The translations under genes and the position numbers were made by a program. Positions 57,745-64,000 of a stretch of DNA of 64,000 nucleotides are shown in pieces; the stretch's first letter is position 1, and every line of letters starts with the position of its first letter. The DNA comes from an uncultured Christensenella sp. (lineage in GTDB: Bacteria; Bacillota; Clostridia; Christensenellales; UBA1242). The DNA lies in assembly GCA_949290565.1 (NCBI GenBank), contig CASESH010000022.1, positions 9 through 64,008 of the forward strand, written 5' to 3'. The notes beneath the pieces were generated by a model. It saw only the letters and a list, made by a program, of their open reading frames with translations. It was not told where the DNA came from and searched no databases.

Positions 57745-58536
57745 ATGTTATATAATCAAAATATGGTAAACTTATTTTTAACTAGTCAGTACTTTTCAAT
57801 CTTTGGAATAAAAGTTTCATACTATGGATTAATAATGGCTTGTGCTATGTTAGCAGGTGTCTTATGCGCATATTTTATTTGCAAAAAGAAAGATTATAGT
57901 TTGTCAATGCCAATAAATCTTGCTCTTTATGCCTTACCCCTTGCTATAATAGGAGCAAGACTTTATTACTGTGCTTTAAATGGCGTAGATAATTTTGTGG
58001 ATATTTTTAAAGTTTGGGAAGGTGGAATGGCTATTTATGGTGGTGTTATTGGCGGATTTATTGGTGTACTAATTTGTTGTAAAATACATAAATATTCACT
58101 TTTAAAAGCTTGTGATATTGCTGCTCCTTGTTTAATTTTAGGCCAAGCAATTGGTAGGTTTGGTTGCTACTTTGCTGGTTGTTGTTATGGAGTTGAAACT
58201 ACAAATGAATTATTACAAGTTTTTCCACTAAGTGTTTTAATAGATGGGGAATGGCACTTAGCAACTTTCTTTTACGAGGCTTTCTTTAATTTTATTGGAT
58301 TTTTGTTACTAATTCTTTTAGTGCTAAGGACTGAAAAAAATGGTACTGTTACTGCTGGTTATCTTATAATTTATGGAACTACAAGAGGAATTTTAGAACA
58401 GTTTAGAGATCCAAGAGAAAGTTTAATGTTGTTTAATTCGGGTATTAAAGCATCACAGTTATTGAGTATTGTTCTTATTATTGTTGGTACTATTATGCTA
58501 TTTATTTTATTAAGAAAAAATAAAAGTCAGGTATAA
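57745..58536 (+). CDS. lgt: prolipoprotein diacylglyceryl transferase
   Basis: Polytopic, with YYGLIMA, GARLYY, WEGGMAIYGGVIGG and GQAIGRFGCYF motifs. Confidence 0.8.
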   Translation: MLYNQNMVNLFLTSQYFSIFGIKVSYYGLIMACAMLAGVLCAYFICKKKDYSLSMPINLALYALPLAIIGARLYYCALNGVDNFVDIFKVWEGGMAIYGGVIGGFIGVLICCKIHKYSLLKACDIAAPCLILGQAIGRFGCYFAGCCYGVETTNELLQVFPLSVLIDGEWHLATFFYEAFFNFIGFLLLILLVLRTEKNGTVTAGYLIIYGTTRGILEQFRDPRESLMLFNSGIKASQLLSIVLIIVGTIMLFILLRKNKSQV

Positions 58537-58539
58537 ATT

Positions 58540-59337
58540 ATGGGAAATTTTAAGATAATTAAAAAGGGATATAGCCAATTAGAAGTTGATAGTTATATAG
58601 AAAGGTTAAAAAATGATTATGAAACTAAGTTGTCAGAACAAAAAGATAGAATTTTCTATTTAAAAGATGAACTTGATAAGTTAAAAAATTCTAGTGATAA
58701 TGAACTTATGACTTCTTTGTTGTCAGCAGTTGAAAAGGCAAAATTAATTGAAAATAGTTCAAAAAATATTTATGAATTAGAAACAAAAAAATTAAGTTTA
58801 TTGTATTCAAAAATGGAAAACTTGTTAAACGATGAAAATATTTGTAATGACAGGAGTATTAAAGATGAACTATTACTTCTTATAAAAGATTGTAGAAGGT
58901 CTTTACAAAACAATATTGAAATGCAAACTAGAAATATTAAAGAAAGTTCGTCAGGTGACCCAATTAAACGACTTTTATCAAAAATGATTGTTTTTAATAA
59001 ATTACCTAGTGATACTATTGAAGATATTGATGATAATAAATCTTCTTCCACCAAATTAATAGAAAATAAACAAGTTGAACCATTAAAAGTTGTCCAAATA
59101 AAAAGACAAGACAAATCAAAAACAGATAATAAAGAGTTTAATGATTTCCTAAATTCAAATATGAATGTTAATGGCTCAAATTTTGAAAATATTTTATTCT
59201 CTAAAAAAACTTTTGATTATTCTCCTAACGAATCTGGTTTTGATTTAAAAGAGGCAGTTAATCCAAAAGAAGATTTAGATGAAATAATGAAAGCGTTTGA
59301 TTTTTATAATAATACAAAAAAAGAATCTGATAAGTAA
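58540..59337 (+). CDS. DivIVA-domain protein
   Basis: N-terminal DivIVA motif FKIIKKGYSQLEVDSYIERL followed by a coiled-coil region. Confidence 0.7.
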   Translation: MGNFKIIKKGYSQLEVDSYIERLKNDYETKLSEQKDRIFYLKDELDKLKNSSDNELMTSLLSAVEKAKLIENSSKNIYELETKKLSLLYSKMENLLNDENICNDRSIKDELLLLIKDCRRSLQNNIEMQTRNIKESSSGDPIKRLLSKMIVFNKLPSDTIEDIDDNKSSSTKLIENKQVEPLKVVQIKRQDKSKTDNKEFNDFLNSNMNVNGSNFENILFSKKTFDYSPNESGFDLKEAVNPKEDLDEIMKAFDFYNNTKKESDK

Positions 59338-59362
59338 TTTATTTTTATAAAAGGATTAATAT

Positions 59363-60247
59363 ATGACAAAATCTAATGTTTATTTTTCAAAAATTATTTC
59401 TCCCGAAAAAGTTGTTGAAATGTTTAAAATCTTGAATAAAAATTTAATGGGAAGAGTTGCAATAAAAGTTCATTCAGGGGAAAAAGGTAATCAAAATTTT
59501 TTGAAACCTGAATTTTTTATACCTATTGCTAACTATTTAAATGGTACGGTTGTTGAGTGTAATACTGCATATGAGGGTGCAAGAAATCATACTGAGAAAC
59601 ATAAGGAACTTTTAAACAAACATAATTGGACAAAATACTTTAATGTTGAAATTTTAGATGAAGAAAAACCTGACCTTATTTTAGATATTAAAAACGGTCA
59701 AGTTATAAAAAAGAATTTTGTTGGTAAAAAAATACAAAATTATGATAGTTTAGTAGTTTTATCTCATTTTAAAGGTCACCCTATGGGTGGATATGGTGGA
59801 GCATTAAAACAACTTTCTATTGGTTGTGCTTCAAGTGAAGGTAAGTGTTATATTCATTCTGCTGGTGTTACAACAGACCAAAATATTGTTTGGAATCATC
59901 TTGCAAACCAGAATAAATTTTTAGAGGCTATGGCAGAAAGTGCTTCATCCGTTATCAATTATTTTAAGGGTAACATAGTTTACATTAATATTATGTGTAA
60001 TATGTCAGTTGATTGTGATTGTTGTGCAGTTGCAGAGGACCCTTGTTTAAAAAATATTGGGATTTTATCATCTCTTGACCCGGTTGCTCTTGATAAGGCT
60101 TGTCTTGATTTAATTTATAACTCTAATGATGAGGGAAAACATCATTTTATTAAAAGAGTTGAAAGTAAAAATGGAATTCATACTATTCAAAGAGCCCAAG
60201 AATTAATGTGTGGTACAACTAATTATAAACTTATTTGTATTGATTAA
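59363..60247 (+). CDS. DUF362-domain protein (probable Fe-S binding)
   Basis: Overall DUF362-like pattern (VAIKVHSGE..., SHFKGHPMGGYGGALKQLSIG) and a Cys cluster CNMSVDCDCC. Confidence 0.6.
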   Translation: MTKSNVYFSKIISPEKVVEMFKILNKNLMGRVAIKVHSGEKGNQNFLKPEFFIPIANYLNGTVVECNTAYEGARNHTEKHKELLNKHNWTKYFNVEILDEEKPDLILDIKNGQVIKKNFVGKKIQNYDSLVVLSHFKGHPMGGYGGALKQLSIGCASSEGKCYIHSAGVTTDQNIVWNHLANQNKFLEAMAESASSVINYFKGNIVYINIMCNMSVDCDCCAVAEDPCLKNIGILSSLDPVALDKACLDLIYNSNDEGKHHFIKRVESKNGIHTIQRAQELMCGTTNYKLICID

Positions 60248-61217
60248 AGATATAAGTATAACCAAACGCTATATTACAAGAAATAGAAAATTTTTTACTA
60301 TCTTGTTGTAACTGACTAAAAATGTCCTTTAAATAATCTTTTCTTCTTTTATTTTCAATTTTATCTATTTCTTCTTCAAATATTGATGAAGTGTAATATA
60401 TATTTTGTTCGTACTTTTCAATAAGTTGTTTTTTTATTTGTCTTATTAATAAACTATTTAAAAACATTATTAAAAGCTTTGCGATAAATTCTTCTTGTAA
60501 AGTTATTTCTTCTATTTTAGTTTTCATGATAGAGTAAATTTTTAATATTTCAAACTTGACCTCTCGTACAGAAATTTCTTTTTGAGATTTCTGTAAATTT
60601 TTTAAATATGCACCTAAATTATCAAAAAATATTATTTTTTCAATTGATTTTGTTTGACTGTCTTTTATAATGTTTTCCTTAACAAAATTTGAAATTTGTA
60701 GTTTTAAATCTTCATTTTTTGATTTTTCATTATCTATGAAAAAATCTTTTTTTGTCAAATCTTTAAAAATTGGCTTAATTTCATTATTTAAGATGTCTAA
60801 ATAAAATTGTATATACTGTTTTGAAAGTACTTTTTCTAAAAGATTAAAGTAGTCATTAAGATTACTTTCTTTTTTCATATTTAACTTATATAAATTTTGC
60901 AGCAGTATTTTTATGTCTTCTTGTCTGTCTAAATCATATTCATATTGCTTTGTAAAATCTTTTGAATAGTTTGTAAAATCATAGTTTGACAAATTAATTA
61001 TATTTTCTATACCATTATAATTAATTTTAATTATTCCTATTGGTCGCGTAATTTTATCGTTGCAGATTTTTTCTGCAACAAAATAGTAAATTTCTTTTTT
61101 CTTTTTATTGACTATTGGTGGAAGTACAATGATTTCATTTTTAGTTGAAGAAAAACTATTTTTGCATTTATTTTGTAATGAAATTAGATAACTTAAACTA
61201 AAATATTTTTTTTCCAT
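60231..61217 (-). CDS. hypothetical protein (328 aa, K/E/I/N-rich)
   Basis: Intact ORF with no recognised motif. Its 3' end overlaps the DUF362 gene's 3' end by 17 nt. Confidence 0.55.
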   Translation of the reverse strand: MEKKYFSLSYLISLQNKCKNSFSSTKNEIIVLPPIVNKKKKEIYYFVAEKICNDKITRPIGIIKINYNGIENIINLSNYDFTNYSKDFTKQYEYDLDRQEDIKILLQNLYKLNMKKESNLNDYFNLLEKVLSKQYIQFYLDILNNEIKPIFKDLTKKDFFIDNEKSKNEDLKLQISNFVKENIIKDSQTKSIEKIIFFDNLGAYLKNLQKSQKEISVREVKFEILKIYSIMKTKIEEITLQEEFIAKLLIMFLNSLLIRQIKKQLIEKYEQNIYYTSSIFEEEIDKIENKRRKDYLKDIFSQLQQDSKKFSISCNIAFGYTYIFNQYK

Positions 61218-61288
61218 GGTATTTATTATTATAGTTCAATAATATTGTTTTGTAAATATTAATATTTTTTCTTGACATTATAAAATAA

Positions 61289-62197
61289 ATGTTTTATTTT
61301 TCTCATATGTTTAATGAATATTTGCATTTAATTTTACACGCCTTAGAACACTCTTTGCAAATTCTGCCTATAATTTTTGTTTGTTATCTGCTAATTGAAT
61401 TGTTAGAAGATAAGATTTGGAACAAATATCAAACAAGTAAAATGCTTAAAGGTAAATTTGCTCCTGTGGTAAGTGCTGGGTTTGGTTTGATTCCTCAATG
61501 TGGGTTTTCGGTAGTTGCAACGGACTTGTATAGTAAAAAAATACTTACAATAGGTTCTTTAATGGCAATTTATATTGCTACTTCTGATGAAGCGTTACCT
61601 CTGTTGTTAACGAGTAGCAATAATTATTTAGATATATTGCTCATTATAATTATAAAATTTGTTTATGCAGTTCTAGTTGGTTTAATTTTTGATAGTATTT
61701 TTAGAAGGAAAGAGTTAAATAGTGGGACAGTTGAAATGGATACACAACATTCTCATCACTCCTTACAGGGCTGTTGTCATCATGACATTGAATCAAAACA
61801 TAAGAATATTTCAGATATTTTTATTCATCCACTTATACATTCTTTAAAAATATTTGGATTTATTTTAATCATTAATATATTCTTTGAATTTTTAATATAT
61901 TTTGTTGGTGAAAATTCTATTCAAAATTTTATGTATCAAACAGGTTTTTTTCAACCGTTTATAGTTGCTTTTGTTGGACTTATTCCTAATTGTTTCTCAT
62001 CTATTTTAATAACTCAATTTTTTATCGATGGAATGATTTCTCTTGGTTCTTGTATAGCAGGTTTGTGTGTGAATTCCGGAATAGCGTTGATTGTTTTATT
62101 TAAGTTAAATAAAAATTTAAAAGAAAATTTATTTATATTAATTTCGTTATATTTTTTAGGCGTTGTTCTTGGTATCTTTCTAAATTTGTTTATTTGA
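61289..62197 (+). CDS. polytopic membrane protein, putative metal transporter (ArsP_2 / '10-TM heavy-metal exporter'-like)
   Basis: Two hydrophobic halves are separated by a His/Cys-rich loop DTQHSHHSLQGCCHHDIESKH. The family assignment is from memory only. Confidence 0.5.
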   Translation: MFYFSHMFNEYLHLILHALEHSLQILPIIFVCYLLIELLEDKIWNKYQTSKMLKGKFAPVVSAGFGLIPQCGFSVVATDLYSKKILTIGSLMAIYIATSDEALPLLLTSSNNYLDILLIIIIKFVYAVLVGLIFDSIFRRKELNSGTVEMDTQHSHHSLQGCCHHDIESKHKNISDIFIHPLIHSLKIFGFILIINIFFEFLIYFVGENSIQNFMYQTGFFQPFIVAFVGLIPNCFSSILITQFFIDGMISLGSCIAGLCVNSGIALIVLFKLNKNLKENLFILISLYFLGVVLGIFLNLFI

Positions 62198-62242
62198 ATA
62201 TTTAATGTGTTTTAAGTATATAATTTTTTAAGGAGAATTTGT

Positions 62243-64000
62243 ATGAAAAAAAGAAATCAAATTGCAGAAAAATATAAGTGGAATTTTGAATCTTATTACA
62301 AGAGTGATGATGATTGGCAAAAGGCATATAATAGTTATTCAAGTAATATTTCGCAAATAAAAAAATATGATGGCTTTTTACATAACAAGAAAAAGTTACT
62401 AGATTGTTTTAGAGATATGGAAAACCTTAATCTAGAATTGGAGGCTTTATATATTTATGCACATTGCAATAGTGATGTTGATATTGCAAATACCAAATAT
62501 CAAGCAATGTACAATAAAATTAGAGAAAAAGCAACAGAACAAAGTGTAATAACTTCTTTTATTCAACCACAGTTAAGCAGGTTAGATAATAAATATTTGG
62601 AAAATTTATTACAAGATAAAGATTTTGATGATTTTTCTTCTTATATTAAAGATATTTTGCGTGAAAAAGAACATACTCTTAATGAAAATGAAGAAGAATT
62701 ATTGTCTAAAATTTCTTCTTTTTCTAGTAATTTTTCTCAAATTCATTCTAGTTTTGAAAATGCAGATTTAAAATTTAAAGATATTTTAGATAAAAATGGA
62801 AAAAAACACAAGATGAATCAATCTCAGGCCTCTATTTATCTTAGAAGTGAAGATTATGTTTTAAGAGAAAATGCTTATAAAGAATTACAAGGTGCATACG
62901 CTAGGTATAACAATTTTTTAACAGTAAATTATTTGGGCAGTGTTAAAAAAGATGTTTTTTATGCAAAATCAAGAAAATTTAGTTCAGCTCTTGAAGGCGC
63001 ACTTTTTTATGAACAAATTGAACCTGAACTTTATCAAAACTTAATTAAAAATGTAGAAGAAAATCTTAGTTTAAATCATAAATATTTTCAATTAAAAAAG
63101 AAATTAATTAATCTTAAAACTATTAAATTAAGTGATATTTATTACAATCCTATTAAACTTAATTTAAAATTTACCTATGAAAAGGCTTTTAATTATGTTT
63201 GTGGTGCCTTAAAAATACTAGGTAAAGACTATGTAGATTTTTTAACAAATATGTTTGAAAAGAGAATGATTGATGTTTTTCCAAATGAAAATAAAAGAGG
63301 TGGGGCTTATCAAACAATGGCAACGAAAAAAAATCCTCTTGTATTAACAAATTTTGTTGGCAATTATAATGATGTTTCTACATTAGCGCATGAATTGGGA
63401 CATGCTATGCATAGTGTTTATTCTGATAGGGCCCAGAGTCCTGCAAATTCTCAATATACAATTTTTTTAGCTGAGATCGCTAGTACTGTTAATGAGATTC
63501 TCTTAAACGATTATTTTCTTAGTTCAGCAAAAACTAAGAAAGAAAAAATTTTTTATTTAAATGAATTCTTATTTGATTTTTATGCTACTGTTTTTAGACA
63601 AACTATGTTTGCAAATTTTGAGTTTATAATTCATTCTAAGGTTGAAAAAAATGAAGAATTATCATCAAAAATACTTAATGAAACTTATTTAAACCTTGTA
63701 AAAAAATATTTTGGAAGTAAAGTAAAGATATTAAAAGAAGTGCAGTATGAATGGAGTAGAATACCTCATTTTTATACTTCATTTTATGTATATAAATACG
63801 CAACAGGTATAATTAGTGCTATAAATATCGTGGAAAATTTGAAATCTAATAAAATAACAGTTGAAGATTATAAAAAGTTTTTAAGTTCGGGCTGTACTGA
63901 TACACCTACTAATTTATTAAAGATTGTAAAAGTGAATTATGATAGTGAGGAACCATTTAAAGTCGCATTTAAATATGTAGAAAACAAAATAAAAGAATTT
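62243..64000 (+). CDS. pepF: oligoendopeptidase F (M3B), C-terminally truncated by the window edge
   Basis: ATG at 62243 after AAGGAG. The frame is open to the window end. The zinc motif HELGHAMH is in frame at 63389. It is not in the ORF track because no stop is reached. Confidence 0.85.
   Translation, partial: MKKRNQIAEKYKWNFESYYKSDDDWQKAYNSYSSNISQIKKYDGFLHNKKKLLDCFRDMENLNLELEALYIYAHCNSDVDIANTKYQAMYNKIREKATEQSVITSFIQPQLSRLDNKYLENLLQDKDFDDFSSYIKDILREKEHTLNENEEELLSKISSFSSNFSQIHSSFENADLKFKDILDKNGKKHKMNQSQASIYLRSEDYVLRENAYKELQGAYARYNNFLTVNYLGSVKKDVFYAKSRKFSSALEGALFYEQIEPELYQNLIKNVEENLSLNHKYFQLKKKLINLKTIKLSDIYYNPIKLNLKFTYEKAFNYVCGALKILGKDYVDFLTNMFEKRMIDVFPNENKRGGAYQTMATKKNPLVLTNFVGNYNDVSTLAHELGHAMHSVYSDRAQSPANSQYTIFLAEIASTVNEILLNDYFLSSAKTKKEKIFYLNEFLFDFYATVFRQTMFANFEFIIHSKVEKNEELSSKILNETYLNLVKKYFGSKVKILKEVQYEWSRIPHFYTSFYVYKYATGIISAINIVENLKSNKITVEDYKKFLSSGCTDTPTNLLKIVKVNYDSEEPFKVAFKYVENKIKEF

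Noticed and set aside
3922-59114. Short ORFs in the track that lie antisense to or out of frame within well-supported genes. They are 3922-4137, 4789-4971, 5837-6037, 6044-6232, 6698-6979, 7125-7358, 7585-7782, 9417-9680, 14934-15251, 18382-18579, 32803-33024, 33207-33389, 37860-38096, 44471-44662, 45545-45730, 46020-46253, 46392-46772, 47581-47778, 47790-48017, 47797-48003, 48921-49136, 49408-49626, 53451-53756 and 58770-59114.
   Set aside because: Each is fully embedded in a longer ORF with clear family motifs or strong coding character. They lack RBSs and have odd compositions typical of shadow frames.
1-64000. Mollicutes-type genetic code (TGA = Trp), considered because of the extreme AT-richness and the Mollicutes-ICE-like gene order.
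   Set aside because: Long ORFs close properly with TGA stops (acpS and the 61289-62197 gene), Trp is encoded by TGG throughout, and cell-wall and sporulation genes are present. Standard code 11 fits.
1-64000. tRNA, rRNA, tmRNA and riboswitch elements in intergenic regions.
   Set aside because: Reading the intergenic gaps showed no GC-rich cloverleaf-like or conserved riboswitch-like segments. This is only a by-eye negative, and tRNAscan or Infernal should confirm it.

Overview
Very AT-rich window with about 55 protein-coding genes, almost all on the + strand. I found no rRNA, tRNA or CRISPR. The genetic code is standard: TGA is used as a stop (acpS at 55425-55427, and the gene ending at 62197) and Trp is TGG. 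The gene content is that of a walled, endospore-forming Firmicute. It includes spo0A, spoIIR, sleB, ypeB, spmAB, a ytaF-like gene, a SipL-like LysM protein, whiA, veg, murB and lgt. The backbone order holB-yaaT-yabB...tatD-ksgA...veg recalls the origin-proximal region of Bacillus subtilis. Other housekeeping genes are uvrC, dnaE, pfkA, greA, mnmA, recX, acpS, a mazF-type toxin, rumA/rlmD-like, a divIVA-domain gene and pepF (cut by the right edge). The one clearly accessory block is about 28.1-50.8 kb. On the minus strand it holds an 8.4-kb gene for a 2816-aa surface protein and a VirD4/TraG-type coupling ATPase. Diverging from these on the + strand are three VirB2-like small membrane proteins, a 640-aa lipoprotein, a 945-aa VirB6/TcpH-like polytopic protein, a VirB3-VirB4 fusion ATPase, a 715-aa repeat-containing protein and a 76-aa protein. 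By eye I see no relaxase, integrase/transposase, replication gene or peptidoglycan hydrolase in the block, and every ORF is intact. This block is the main candidate for an undescribed system: a domesticated or atypical minimal type IV secretion apparatus. Secondary oddities are a Rho homologue with degenerate ATPase motifs and a large low-complexity insert, and a perfect 13-unit heptad array next to an 11-bp inverted repeat downstream of acpS. Others are orphan terminators, a zinc-ribbon protein with a roughly 100-aa polyacidic tail, and a consensus promoter plus leader terminator upstream of greA. All calls rest on motif recognition by eye and recalled family knowledge. No database search was run.
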